In this document: positions 27,876 to 37,757 of the stretch, in pieces
Numbering within the stretch: the stretch's first letter is position 1
How the letters are laid out: each line of letters starts with the position of its first letter
Source of the DNA: a virus
Lineage: Duplodnaviria; Heunggongvirae; Uroviricota; Caudoviricetes
Length of the DNA stretch: 64,000 nucleotides
Virus record (IMG/VR): IMGVR_UViG_3300039155_000018
Coordinates: 1-64,000 of that record
Strand: one strand, 5' to 3'
Made by a program: the position numbers and the translations under genes
The notes under the pieces: model-generated
Seen by the model: only the letters and a program-made list of their open reading frames with translations
Databases searched by the model: none
Told to the model about the DNA's origin: nothing

Positions 27876-27932
27876 ATTTCCTCCTGTTTATTTATGTGTT
27901 GGTGAGAAGATTAGCACGTTCCGTGTGCTGTG

Positions 27933-28157
27933 TCAACCTTTTGTATCTTCTAGGTATGCTTCTGAAGCCACCTTCAGATTACGAATCCAAGTAGGGTCGC
28001 TGGAGTCAGCCGCTGAGTTCGTTACAACCCTCCCTGTTTGCAGATAGTCCTCTGCCCACTGGACATGCTGCCCAAAAGGCATTGGCGGGAATATCCCTTC
28101 GGCATAACATTCCATAAACTCTCTAGTGGGAATAACAGGATTAAAATACTTTTCCAT
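27933..28157 (-). CDS. hypothetical protein
   Basis: A 74-aa ORF. Confidence 0.35.
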   Translation of the reverse strand: MEKYFNPVIPTREFMECYAEGIFPPMPFGQHVQWAEDYLQTGRVVTNSAADSSDPTWIRNLKVASEAYLEDTKG

Positions 28158-28920
28158 ACTTCTCCATCAAAAACTCTAGGGAAACAAACATAGGGCAACC
28201 AAACCCATCTTTCACATCGTGGAGCATAGTGACACCCCTGAAATGATTATTACCTTGAAACCCTTTGTAGTCCTCATCAAAAGGATAACAAGCCCCATTG
28301 ATAATACCAATCTGCATTTTACCGTCAATACTTGGGCGAATAGCCACGTCAAGAGTTTGTTTATGCCCGCATACAAAGCTCCGACCTACAGTTTTGAGTT
28401 GATTCATTGCAGTACCACCATAAGGTTTACCTGTGAATGGGTTAGCCAGATAGTGTACAAAGAAAATACCCTCGATTTCAACAGGTTGCAGGAATGGAAT
28501 GACTTCCCAACCTTGATTTTCAAGACCGAGAGTTTCCATTCCTACAAAGCCTTGGAGTTCTGGCATATTACTTGCCAGCCGGTCGAAGCGCTCCTCGTGG
28601 TTTCCCGTACAAAATACTAGGCGAGGATTATACACTTTCTTCTTCGACTGGCGCTGACGTTCTTGCAACTCGCGCAGGGGCGCCAACAGAAGGTCAAGAC
28701 CCTTATTACCAGCAGCAATGTCTGCCTTCAGGCGACGACCTTCAAAGGAAGCTTTACCTTTGTCATAAATACTCAGTGACGGGAAGTCAAAATTGTCTCC
28801 TATATGCACGACAACGTTCGGGCGTTTGTTAACAATGTAGTTCCCTATAGCTGACATGTAGGACAAATCTTCACCGGGCTTACATTGTGTATCTGCCACA
28901 ACTAGAATCTTTTTACTCAA
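28141..28920 (-). CDS. calcineurin-like metallophosphoesterase
   Basis: It has VVADTQ, HIGDNFD and GNHEERF. The start was set at TTG 28920 after AAGGAG. Confidence 0.55.
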   Translation of the reverse strand: MSKKILVVADTQCKPGEDLSYMSAIGNYIVNKRPNVVVHIGDNFDFPSLSIYDKGKASFEGRRLKADIAAGNKGLDLLLAPLRELQERQRQSKKKVYNPRLVFCTGNHEERFDRLASNMPELQGFVGMETLGLENQGWEVIPFLQPVEIEGIFFVHYLANPFTGKPYGGTAMNQLKTVGRSFVCGHKQTLDVAIRPSIDGKMQIGIINGACYPFDEDYKGFQGNNHFRGVTMLHDVKDGFGCPMFVSLEFLMEKYGKVF

Positions 28921-29125
28921 AACCACTCTCCTTAAATATAGGCATCTCAGATGCCGATTTGATTCCATAGAACACAAAGATAGCAGAACAACTCTACACT
29001 CTTACTTGCTCCGTACCAAAAGAAGAAATTATCTTCAAAATTAATCATTACTCATCCCTTAACTCATATAAGATTTACAGATGGGTGGGATATCCAGCTC
29101 GGTTGTGCTGAACTGATGGGTGGTT

Positions 29126-29674
29126 TCAGTCATTTTCTCTCCTCAATATCTCTAGAGCTTTCTCTCTACGTTGTGTAGCTTTACACGTAACCCCATGATC
29201 GTCAAGGAATTTCTTTAGGGTCTTGTCTTTTTCCATTTGGATTATTTCCTTGGTAAGCTTAGCGTCTTCAATAGAGATTCCTTGAGCCTCCGCATAGCTC
29301 TTATTTTTGTGGCAAGGCTTGCAGAGCAGGGCGTAGTCTTCCAAAGAGCACTCCCATAGCAAGGCTTGAATGAACGTCCCTATCTCTTCTGGGGTTCTGA
29401 GGCTGTTGTGGCCTGCAATATGGTCCACTTCCAAATCTTTCTGACTAAACCACGATTTACATTCTTCACACTGCCCCATCTTGACTTCAGGAAATCTCTT
29501 TTGCGAACGAGGGTTGGGGTTGTCTTTAAGCTGAAGTCGCGACTTCAGGAATTCCAGCTTAGGACCATACCTATTCCAAAGTCCCTTTCGTACACCCCCC
29601 CGTACATAACTAAGCCAAGCTGATTCAGTCTTCCACAAATGAGGCCACTGTTCCCAAGGAGTTTTCACTCCCAT
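29126..29674 (-). CDS. HNH endonuclease
   Basis: It carries CEECKSW ... DHIAGHN ... CKPCH, the canonical CxxC-DH-HN-CxxCH HNH core. Confidence 0.7.
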   Translation of the reverse strand: MGVKTPWEQWPHLWKTESAWLSYVRGGVRKGLWNRYGPKLEFLKSRLQLKDNPNPRSQKRFPEVKMGQCEECKSWFSQKDLEVDHIAGHNSLRTPEEIGTFIQALLWECSLEDYALLCKPCHKNKSYAEAQGISIEDAKLTKEIIQMEKDKTLKKFLDDHGVTCKATQRREKALEILRREND

Positions 29675-30003
29675 GCCGGATCAAACTCTTCAGTCTTTGT
29701 CTTAGTGATGTAGTGAGCAGGAATTACTTGCTCAGGGACAAGCTCTTGATATTCTTCAACCTTGCAGTAATCAACACTATCCCAGTCAGTACCCCAACTG
29801 TCATCCCACGTACCATTCATAGTGACACAGACATTTAGGAAATCAGAAGCATCAATACCATCTTCCTTAAGTTCATCAATATCAGCTTGTGTAAAGGTAT
29901 GTGTTGTCCAACAATAGAACGATGAGTATTTACGATGCTCTTTCTCAAACTGGCCTACATCTGCCACGTAGTCTTTCAGTTGCGGTTCAGTAATCTTTTC
30001 CAT
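29665..30003 (-). CDS. small acidic protein
   Basis: A 112-aa protein that is D/E/W-rich. Confidence 0.4.
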   Translation of the reverse strand: MEKITEPQLKDYVADVGQFEKEHRKYSSFYCWTTHTFTQADIDELKEDGIDASDFLNVCVTMNGTWDDSWGTDWDSVDYCKVEEYQELVPEQVIPAHYITKTKTEEFDPAWE

Positions 30004-30227
30004 TATTTCTTCTCCTTAATCCAATTAATCAAAGTCTCCGGTGTAGGACACTGAAGTGTGACATCCCCAAAGTCTTCACCTTTACGCACAAGTTCATCAT
30101 ATTGCCATTGGATATAAAGTTGTAGAAACTTCTCCGTCAGCTCCGGACGGAAGCCTAGAGTTTCTTTCAGAGTTTTAATCAGGATTTGGTAATCTAGCTC
30201 TGCAATTTGAATCTTAGCTTTAGGCAT
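30003..30227 (-). CDS. hypothetical protein
   Basis: A 74-aa ORF. Confidence 0.4.
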   Translation of the reverse strand: MPKAKIQIAELDYQILIKTLKETLGFRPELTEKFLQLYIQWQYDELVRKGEDFGDVTLQCPTPETLINWIKEKK

Positions 30228-30230
30228 AAT

Positions 30231-30530
30231 TCACTCCTCTCCTTCAAACACTTTCTTCAAGCGTTCGTACTCCTGACGATCCTTCTCCATCTTCTTACGT
30301 TCCTTTTTCACTCGATGATTGTATTCTTCGTCTGTTTCTTCTCTTTCCTTGAAGGTAATAATCGTCTCGCAAATATTGTTATAACCAGAGTCAAACTCAA
30401 CCTCAGCGTCAGGCCCATATTCCCCAATAAGACGGGTCACACAGTCATAAACATCCCCGAGTGTGGATTCACCTGTAATGGAATCAATGTCAGTGATTTT
30501 CACTTGTTCTTTGATTTTCTTTTTAGTCAT
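30231..30530 (-). CDS. small acidic protein
   Basis: A 99-aa ORF. Confidence 0.4.
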   Translation of the reverse strand: MTKKKIKEQVKITDIDSITGESTLGDVYDCVTRLIGEYGPDAEVEFDSGYNNICETIITFKEREETDEEYNHRVKKERKKMEKDRQEYERLKKVFEGEE

Positions 30531-30675
30531 AATCTACTCCTAGATTTTCAAGTATGTTTCGTACATTCAGTTCTGTTTGATTGGGTTGCGTGACCAAGCA
30601 GACCTTAGACAGCCTCTCAGGTATGTATAGAATGCAACAGAGTTCTTCCAAGGCGTGTCTGGTCCCCAAGGTGTC

Positions 30676-31695
30676 TTATTCATAGGTAATCTTCAACTTA
30701 TCAAATACATTGGGTAGATGTACTTCGTCCCCTTCCCAGCGTAGCATGTGACACAGAGTAAAGCACTCTTGCATAACATACTTCCAGTCAATGAGAATTT
30801 CATCTCCTCGCCAACCAGTTACAACTTTTGGTTCAGGGTAGAGATTCTTAAATACTCCAATGGCAGCCTCAAATAGCTCCTTGTCATTCTTACATTCTGC
30901 AAGCGCTTTGTAGGCAGACATATCCCCCCAAGCAGTATCGGATTTGCAGTTTGCATAGTAGTTATCAGAATCATCTCCGCTGCAACATTGCCACAGCTTA
31001 AACATCCTCCCGTATCCGCGAACTTTAGGACTCTTTCCACTTGTATCAATGAAGAGTTTACCGAAGCAGTCAGTCTTCACAATACCTTCTTCTGGTTTTT
31101 GGAAGTTAAACATATCAGCCCCAGCCCCATATCCATCCTTATCTATGATAAGCTGGAAATGGCCTTTCTTTCGGTAAGCATTCATGTTCACAACATCGTC
31201 AACTTCAAGCCCTGTGATTACTTCTGCACCAAACTTGCGTGTTAGATATTCACTAACTTCGTCCAATAAGAGAGGTTTCATCATTGCTGTACGATTGCCC
31301 TTATACTCAAGCAAGGTACTCTTACCTACCCGGAAACTTTCACCTTTACCAATGTAATACACTGACTTATCCGCACCGGAAGCTTTTACAGCAGACTCCA
31401 CAGATAGTTTACATGTGTGTAGAATGTTGACCAGAGGTTCCTTTACCTCTTGCTTATCTTGAATTTCAAAATCATCTGGTAGGAAAGGTTCTTGTCCTTT
31501 CTCAAGGCGTTGTTTGTTTACTTCTGCAAGCCAACCACCAGCTTTCTTTTTGTGATGCCCCCAGAACTCTGTACGAGTTTTGAAGGTCTTCTCTCGACCA
31601 CTCTGTTTGTGTATGACCAGAATAGTACGTTCTTCGCCTACAGATGCACAACTGTACTTATGGGCGTCTAAATCGGTATGTGCTACTGAAGTCAT
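30676..31695 (-). CDS. FEN-family 5'-3' exonuclease (T7 gp6-like)
   Basis: LEYKGNRT matches T7 gp6 YKANRK, LEVDDVVNM matches EGDDVMG, IIDKDGY matches ISCDKDF, and SGDDSDNYY matches KGDITDGYSG. These are colinear with T7 exonuclease metal-site motifs. Confidence 0.55.
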   Translation of the reverse strand: MTSVAHTDLDAHKYSCASVGEERTILVIHKQSGREKTFKTRTEFWGHHKKKAGGWLAEVNKQRLEKGQEPFLPDDFEIQDKQEVKEPLVNILHTCKLSVESAVKASGADKSVYYIGKGESFRVGKSTLLEYKGNRTAMMKPLLLDEVSEYLTRKFGAEVITGLEVDDVVNMNAYRKKGHFQLIIDKDGYGAGADMFNFQKPEEGIVKTDCFGKLFIDTSGKSPKVRGYGRMFKLWQCCSGDDSDNYYANCKSDTAWGDMSAYKALAECKNDKELFEAAIGVFKNLYPEPKVVTGWRGDEILIDWKYVMQECFTLCHMLRWEGDEVHLPNVFDKLKITYE

Positions 31696-31877
31696 TGTCC
31701 CTCCTTAGTAGGCACAAGTTCATACTCCACAACATGATACCTCTCCACTCGCCCGTTCAACTTCTCACAGGCGTTCTCAGCATTATGCTTACGCGTGTAT
31801 ACACGCGTCCCTGTTGACCAATTGGCACGAACTTGTCCAGTTTCCTCATCTTCCACGACCCATACAAGTTTCCTCAT
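31692..31877 (-). CDS. hypothetical protein
   Basis: A 61-aa ORF. Confidence 0.35.
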   Translation of the reverse strand: MRKLVWVVEDEETGQVRANWSTGTRVYTRKHNAENACEKLNGRVERYHVVEYELVPTKEGQ

Positions 31878-31943
31878 TCTCCCTCCTTAAAGAAAGAGGA
31901 GCTTTTGCTCCTCTATTTAAATCGTTCCAAGAACATTATTCCG

Positions 31944-32192
31944 TTAAGAATACTTCTCTTGAATCTCTGCGATTTCGTTCAGCTCGTCAGCCTTTTCACG
32001 AAGATTATCCATCTTCACTTTGCTCTTCGCCGCTTTCATAATCTTCTTCACTTCGTCCTTGTGGAGACCAGAAGTGTTCATGTCCTTATCATAGCTAAAC
32101 TCGGACTTCACTTCCTTCAGGTCTTCCATCAACATGTTGATTTCAGATTCAAGGTTGTAGGTGCGTTGAAACAGTTCTTGTTGCTTACTCAT
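31944..32192 (-). CDS. coiled-coil protein
   Basis: An 82-aa ORF. Confidence 0.4.
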   Translation of the reverse strand: MSKQQELFQRTYNLESEINMLMEDLKEVKSEFSYDKDMNTSGLHKDEVKKIMKAAKSKVKMDNLREKADELNEIAEIQEKYS

Positions 32193-32401
32193 TAAATTTC
32201 TCCTTCTTCAAATTCTTCTGGGTGTTCTTCTTCGTAATTGTAGTCTTCAGTAGAAACAGATACTCCAACTTTCTCTAGAATATTCTCCAGATCATCCGGG
32301 AAGTTAAAATCCCAGAAATTTCCACCGTCTACTACTTTGTCATCTACGATGATCTCATACATCTCATAATCACCGTCTGTGCGAATTACCACTTTAGGCA
32401 T
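32192..32401 (-). CDS. very acidic small protein (DNA-mimic candidate)
   Basis: A 69-aa protein with more than 30% D/E. Confidence 0.4.
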   Translation of the reverse strand: MPKVVIRTDGDYEMYEIIVDDKVVDGGNFWDFNFPDDLENILEKVGVSVSTEDYNYEEEHPEEFEEGEI

Positions 32402-32502
32402 TATTCACTCCTTTAAAGAAGGAGGACCGAAGCCCTCCTAAAGTCTACGTCAGATCATGTGTAGAAAGAACTTACCTTCTTGCAGACCAACCGGGGCAAA
32501 GA

Positions 32503-32910
32503 CTAAATAGCATTCTTAACCTCTCCATTTCCTATGTGCCAGTTTACATGACAGGCTTGACACATCCAGCGTACATCTAGCGGTTTCAGATAGTCGTCGT
32601 GGTGCGCCACAAGACCACCAACTGTTCCACAATACTCGCAATGTGTGCCTCGTTCTAGTTTCCCATCCCTAACAGCATTATTTACTCTACAATGAGCCCT
32701 GTATTTATTAGGGAATTTTGCACGATAATTTTGTAAGTCGTCTAAGGTTCTTCTGGAACCTCTGACTCTATCGTACTCTCTATAGTATGCCAACTTCTCT
32801 TTCCTATTCTGCCTGACTCTTGCCTTAACACACTCTTTACATGAAGCTCTATCAGACTTGTAGAAAAGAGAAGGGTCTTTTTCAAGACCACATCTCCTAC
32901 ACTTAAACAT
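32503..32910 (-). CDS. HNH endonuclease with N-terminal zinc ribbon
   Basis: It has CRRCG ... CKEC and then HCEYCG ... VAHHDDY ... CQACH. Confidence 0.55.
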   Translation of the reverse strand: MFKCRRCGLEKDPSLFYKSDRASCKECVKARVRQNRKEKLAYYREYDRVRGSRRTLDDLQNYRAKFPNKYRAHCRVNNAVRDGKLERGTHCEYCGTVGGLVAHHDDYLKPLDVRWMCQACHVNWHIGNGEVKNAI

Positions 32911-32915
32911 GATGA

Positions 32916-33920
32916 CTAGAAGGGGAGCGTGTCATCATCTAGGGGGTCAAAAGAAGGTTGCTCATTCTTTACAGGAGGGCTCTGCTGAGGTAGCTTATCT
33001 TCCTGTTGCTCTGCATTTGCTTGAGCATTCACAGGACCATTAGCCAGAGAATCCAGAGCCTTCTGAATATCACTGCCCTGGTAATTCTGAGCCAGCTTCA
33101 TGGTGTTAATCACACTCTGACGCAGGTTTTTCAGAATCTTTGGGTCTTGGACACCCTTGAAGTTCACACCGTAAATATACTTCTTATCTAGTTCAGGAAT
33201 CATCGGCACCATTACGTCGGGAACTTGACCAGAGAGCTTAATCTTTTCGTTCAGGTATTGCTTACCGTTAGATTCCGTCAGACTAATTTGAATCTCAAAC
33301 AGTGCGGCCTTACCCAGCAGATTGCCAATCATTGCTGGCTTGAATCGTCCTTGGTCATTGAGAACATCAGTTGCCACTGCAAGCTTATGTAGCTGGGTGT
33401 TGTTCTTGAATGCCCAACCACCATCCTCGTGGCGCACTTCCTTCACGTTATACGGCTTACCGACAACCTTACCAACATCCTTAATGTAAAACTCACCATT
33501 TAGGATCATTCGCAGAGGATGTTCTTCAGCATTCTCATCACCGAAGAATTGACCTTTATTAATCATGATGGTCGGAAAGTCCACAGTAAGAGCAACTTGC
33601 TGACACGGCTTTACCTTCCAGCGTTTGTAGCGAGTTGGTACACCCTTGTCATCCGGCACAGTTTCAAAATACTGCTCAGCATTCTTTTCCAGTTCAGCGG
33701 CCTCGTCTTCAGCAGTGCCAGTAAAGACCATTTTAGCGTCCTCCTGTACTTGCAGACCAAGATCAATTACCCCGCTAATAATGCCAATCACGGACTTGGC
33801 ACGCTTCTGAGTTCCAACAGTATCTACCAGATACTTATTCAGGGCATCCCAATCTACTTGCTTACCTGAGCCAGAATTGCTGGAGGTTTGAGTTTGTTCT
33901 ACGTTAAATTGAAAAGACAT
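32916..33920 (-). CDS. single-stranded DNA-binding protein candidate
   Basis: The acidic C-terminal tail DPLDDDTLPF resembles the SSB DDDIPF tail. It lies in the replisome module next to the polymerase. Confidence 0.4.
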   Translation of the reverse strand: MSFQFNVEQTQTSSNSGSGKQVDWDALNKYLVDTVGTQKRAKSVIGIISGVIDLGLQVQEDAKMVFTGTAEDEAAELEKNAEQYFETVPDDKGVPTRYKRWKVKPCQQVALTVDFPTIMINKGQFFGDENAEEHPLRMILNGEFYIKDVGKVVGKPYNVKEVRHEDGGWAFKNNTQLHKLAVATDVLNDQGRFKPAMIGNLLGKAALFEIQISLTESNGKQYLNEKIKLSGQVPDVMVPMIPELDKKYIYGVNFKGVQDPKILKNLRQSVINTMKLAQNYQGSDIQKALDSLANGPVNAQANAEQQEDKLPQQSPPVKNEQPSFDPLDDDTLPF

Positions 33921-34031
33921 TTAATTACCTCGTTTTGCAGATTAAAGTTTTGTTATACAACAGATTTGAGTTTTTGCAGAGTTTACACCGTCACAGGCAT
34001 AATAATTTCCTCCATTTCTCTCCTCTTTATT

Positions 34032-34232
34032 TCAAGAAGCCTTCTTCAGCTTCTTATACAGAGCACGCTGGGAATCTTCCTTCAGCGTAGCAGTGTATAC
34101 TTTCATTGGCAGGGACACACCAAAGCCGACTTGGACATTCTTCGTGTATTCAGTAGTGTCATAAGTTACTTCGCTATTCGCAATAGCGCCCCGAGCAATG
34201 TTACGCAGTTTCTTAGCTTTACGTTGATTCAT
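34032..34232 (-). CDS. small basic protein
   Basis: A 66-aa K/R-rich ORF. Confidence 0.35.
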   Translation of the reverse strand: MNQRKAKKLRNIARGAIANSEVTYDTTEYTKNVQVGFGVSLPMKVYTATLKEDSQRALYKKLKKAS

Positions 34233-34301
34233 GTTTCCTCCTTTGTTTAGATAAGAGATTGGAATATACAGTAAAATTACGCTCTTGTCAATAGAAGATT
34301 C

Positions 34302-34769
34302 CTAGCTCTTTTCTGGTTTCTCTACAAGAGATTCGTACCAAAGGACAGTACCTTCTTGGAGGATGTATTCACCACCAATCACCACCTTATCATCAACGTC
34401 ATGATAGAAATAGCCTTCTCCTTCGTCGCAATCAAGCTTGGGGCGACCAGTATACACCCACTTTTCACCATCCTCGTCTACCGCAAACCACTTGTACTCA
34501 GGTCCAAACTCATCTTCAACTTTGCCCCAATCAATGATCCATGGACGAGACTTTACCTCACAAGAGACAATCTCGCCATAGCCCAAAGACTTCTTAATCA
34601 CTGCTTCAGTCACATCAAAAGCAATCTCCTGATCTTTGTGGTACTTCTCAAAAGTGCTCTCTTGCAGGAATCGTTCAAACTCAATCATCTCTTGAATAGT
34701 GTCAAAGTGATAGGAGACGTGTTGTTCTGTGTCCCCCCCAGAGATGGAAGAGATATGTTTACTTGGCAT
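34302..34769 (-). CDS. hypothetical protein
   Basis: The start was set at ATG 34769 (MPSKH), which overlaps the stop of the small upstream ORF. Confidence 0.4.
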   Translation of the reverse strand: MPSKHISSISGGDTEQHVSYHFDTIQEMIEFERFLQESTFEKYHKDQEIAFDVTEAVIKKSLGYGEIVSCEVKSRPWIIDWGKVEDEFGPEYKWFAVDEDGEKWVYTGRPKLDCDEGEGYFYHDVDDKVVIGGEYILQEGTVLWYESLVEKPEKS

Positions 34770-34911
34770 CAGCATTCTCCTCAAGACTATCAATCTGGAA
34801 ATAAACATCTTCTAGTTCGCCACTAATGATACGAATATCATCTTCCATTTCTGATAACTCTGTCTCTAGAAGTTTAGCTCGTTCTTTCAGGGTTTGCAAT
34901 TCTTCACTCAT
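34759..34911 (-). CDS. 50-aa acidic coiled-coil peptide (below the track cut-off)
   Basis: The product is MSEELQTLKERAKLLETELSEMEDDIRIISGELEDVYFQIDSLEENADAK. Its TAA stop overlaps the ATG of the next gene. Confidence 0.3.
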   Translation of the reverse strand: MSEELQTLKERAKLLETELSEMEDDIRIISGELEDVYFQIDSLEENADAK

Positions 34912-34992
34912 CTCTTTTCTCCTCCGTTAACTTCTAATGTGTGTCTATTGTTTCATGGTGTTGAAGGGATGTCAAGGGATTCCCTAAATTGT

Positions 34993-37107
34993 TCAGTGAG
35001 TCTCTTTCCAATTCTTCCCAACCTTAGCCTCCCCTGCCAATGGTACAGAGAGTTTCAAATACTGTCCAGCTTTTTCAATAGATTTCTCAATCAGCCGTCC
35101 AACTTCCTCAGCAATTGGAGACTCGCACTCAAATTCCACCTCATCGTGTACATATCCAATACGCCGAACAATGTAGCCTTTGTAAAGGTAGTATGGCCGG
35201 CGCTTCTCATCCCAGTGGATCTCCCCTAGCCAAGCATCTAGGAAGCAGCAGGCATAGTCCATCGCAATCCCCCCGCAACTTTGGAAAATCGTATTTAACA
35301 AGGCACTCTTCTTGCGAGTCCAGAGAATACGCCCGTCAATTGCAGGGAGGTATTTACCCTCTCCACGAGTTTCCCAATACTTTTCCAGCTTGTCCTTCAA
35401 TGCCTTTGTTCCGGGGTTAGCATCCCAAAACTTCTCCATTAGGGACTGTCCCATCTTCTCAGGAAGGCCAAGAGTTGACGCAACCTTCGGGCCAGCAGCC
35501 CCGTATAGGATAGCGTAAAATCCGTTTTTACTGCGGTCACGGTATGGCTTAAATACACGATCCTCTTTGTCAAAATCAGGGCTAGAGATATCAAAACTCT
35601 TCAACTCACTCAAGTGTCCAAAGAAGGCCATTGCGTTCTTAGAGTGTGGATCGCCTTTCAATAGTTCCTCAGCAGTTGCCCCATTATCATACTTGAACGT
35701 GTACGATCCTTGAACTCTCCCCTCCAGCGCCGCAGCATCCCCTGCTGCAATATCAAACCCATCTTCACAGCAAAACAGTTCTCGGAACTCTTTACCAAGC
35801 AATACTTTCTCACTGGCTTTAGGCACGTTCACAACGTTTTTGTGTTTCTGCCTGTGCGTAGCAGCAATGCCTGTACGACCTGCGCCAAGGCGACCATCGT
35901 ACTCCAGCCGATCATTCGACAACCAGCCCTCCAGTACAGAGAGTCGATTACGAAGACTCAACCACTTCACAACAAGCTTTACAATATCGCCTTCCATTTT
36001 CAAGAGATTCTGGCAAATCTTGCCGGCTTCCTGAATCTTAGGGCTTGTTGGAATCAGCTTGCGAGTTGTTGGATCTCGCATTGGTTTCCCATCTGGGCCT
36101 CGCTGATAATTCCAGAGGGTGGGCGACCAACCATTCTCCAAGAACCAATCCTTCATCTGATCTTGGTTCGCCATCTCCATCGGCATCTCAACATCAAGCA
36201 TACTTCCTGCAACAACTGGATAACTCTTGCCGTAGAAACTCCAAAGTCCCGTTTGCTCGTCAAGGACACCACTGTGCTTTGCCACGAAGTTTTCCCAAGA
36301 AGCTGAGAAATCCCCTGACTTCTTGAAGGGCTTGGCTGGCATGGTGTAGTTCTTCTCCTCGGACTTCTTCAACTTTCGAGGTGGGAGCTTCGGCTCTACT
36401 TCTGCACGAATCTCCTCCATCATCCCCTCAATGCGTACCTTGAGAGCCTTGGCCTTCGGAATGTCAAACTTCCACCCGGCATATTCTTGGCACGACATCA
36501 AGAAGAAACTCTTCTGCCCACACTTAAAGTGGTCAGGCATACTTTTGTCATTCCACTTGTAGAACTTAAGATGCTCTTCTAGCAATGCAAAGAACACACG
36601 CTTGTTAACATCAACGTCCCGTTCGCAATAGACGCCCATTTGTGGATGCCACTGCATAAACTCCGCGCCTTTCGGAGAGTCTTTAGAGATCAAACCAAGC
36701 TCAATAGCTTCTGAGCGCCAATCAATCTTTGCAAGACCCAGACGCTCACCCCAAGCCTCAATGCCATGACCAACCCTATCAGGCATGAGGAACATGCTCC
36801 AGTAGTATGTGTCCACATATCGGCATGGCTTGCCTAGGATGGTGTCAGGCCCGACAGTGAAGCCAATATCTAAGAGAGCGCGCATTACAAACGCATCGAA
36901 GCCTAGTCCGTTGTGGAATGCAACAACTGGATTCTCATAGCGATTCACCCAAGCATTGAATTTCTCAAATGCCTTGTCATCCTCAAAAGGATTTACAGAC
37001 ATCTTCTCTCCAGTATCCAAATCTTCAAAGTGGATACACCAGATTTTGGTAGCTTCAAAGTAAAACCCATCACTCTCGATATCCAGTACGAAGCCATTGA
37101 TTTTCAA
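34993..37107 (-). CDS. family A DNA polymerase with 3'-5' exonuclease (T7 gp5-like)
   Basis: It has LDIESDG (Exo I), VAFHNGLGFDAFV and GHGIEAWGERLG, which resemble T7 gp5 VFHNGHKYDVPAL and SHALEAWGYRLG, and a C-terminal YVHDEVEFEC motif C. It is 704 aa, the same length as T7 gp5. Confidence 0.85.
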   Translation of the reverse strand: MKINGFVLDIESDGFYFEATKIWCIHFEDLDTGEKMSVNPFEDDKAFEKFNAWVNRYENPVVAFHNGLGFDAFVMRALLDIGFTVGPDTILGKPCRYVDTYYWSMFLMPDRVGHGIEAWGERLGLAKIDWRSEAIELGLISKDSPKGAEFMQWHPQMGVYCERDVDVNKRVFFALLEEHLKFYKWNDKSMPDHFKCGQKSFFLMSCQEYAGWKFDIPKAKALKVRIEGMMEEIRAEVEPKLPPRKLKKSEEKNYTMPAKPFKKSGDFSASWENFVAKHSGVLDEQTGLWSFYGKSYPVVAGSMLDVEMPMEMANQDQMKDWFLENGWSPTLWNYQRGPDGKPMRDPTTRKLIPTSPKIQEAGKICQNLLKMEGDIVKLVVKWLSLRNRLSVLEGWLSNDRLEYDGRLGAGRTGIAATHRQKHKNVVNVPKASEKVLLGKEFRELFCCEDGFDIAAGDAAALEGRVQGSYTFKYDNGATAEELLKGDPHSKNAMAFFGHLSELKSFDISSPDFDKEDRVFKPYRDRSKNGFYAILYGAAGPKVASTLGLPEKMGQSLMEKFWDANPGTKALKDKLEKYWETRGEGKYLPAIDGRILWTRKKSALLNTIFQSCGGIAMDYACCFLDAWLGEIHWDEKRRPYYLYKGYIVRRIGYVHDEVEFECESPIAEEVGRLIEKSIEKAGQYLKLSVPLAGEAKVGKNWKETH

Positions 37108-37167
37108 AATTACCTCCCATTTCTGAATATTAGATTGTTACACAGAAGGAGGGAGGCGTCAATCTCC

Positions 37168-37746
37168 CTAGTTCCACACAACTTCATAAGCCTTAAGACT
37201 ATCGTAGGCTTGCTGAGAAACACTGTCCTTCCACTTATCAGCAAGCTTCGAAATGTGCTCTTCCTTTGCAACTTTGTACGCTTCAGCAGCGAATTGGACA
37301 CTATCGGTTGATAGTAAATGCTTACTCACTCTTCGACCATCCGTGTTCATTGAAAGCTGGGCGATATACTTACCGCTTTCAGCCTTAATGCTAACACTCG
37401 GAGGGAGTCCGTTCCTACCTCTGTTGTTTTGAAGGGCACAGTTTACTTCGTTCGGTAGAAAACAGCAGAACTCGGGACAGTAAATCCTATTGCCGGGTTT
37501 TATTAAATCCTTGTCAAGTTGGAATCCCTCAACATAGTTTTCCAAGAACCAACCAGCATAGTTTGAGAGGATTTGCCACTCGCTACATACCTCCACATCC
37601 TCATAGGTTGGCTTACTGGCGTGGTAAACCTCGCTATATGATCGGCGGTGAATACTGTGCCAAGTCGGGTATGCCGGGTGTTTACTATCGAGGTCGTTTA
37701 TGCCAACTCCAAATACCTTGTGGTTCTTCCACTTAACTAGTCCCAT
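37168..37746 (-). CDS. AP2-domain homing endonuclease-like protein
   Basis: The C-terminal half has SGKYIAQLSMN.GRRVSKHLLSTDSVQFAAEAYKVAKEEH, an AP2 DNA-binding fold. The N-terminal half is a nuclease-like region. It is inserted between the polymerase and the primase-helicase. Confidence 0.5.
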   Translation of the reverse strand: MGLVKWKNHKVFGVGINDLDSKHPAYPTWHSIHRRSYSEVYHASKPTYEDVEVCSEWQILSNYAGWFLENYVEGFQLDKDLIKPGNRIYCPEFCCFLPNEVNCALQNNRGRNGLPPSVSIKAESGKYIAQLSMNTDGRRVSKHLLSTDSVQFAAEAYKVAKEEHISKLADKWKDSVSQQAYDSLKAYEVVWN

Positions 37747-37757
37747 TATTTCTCCAT

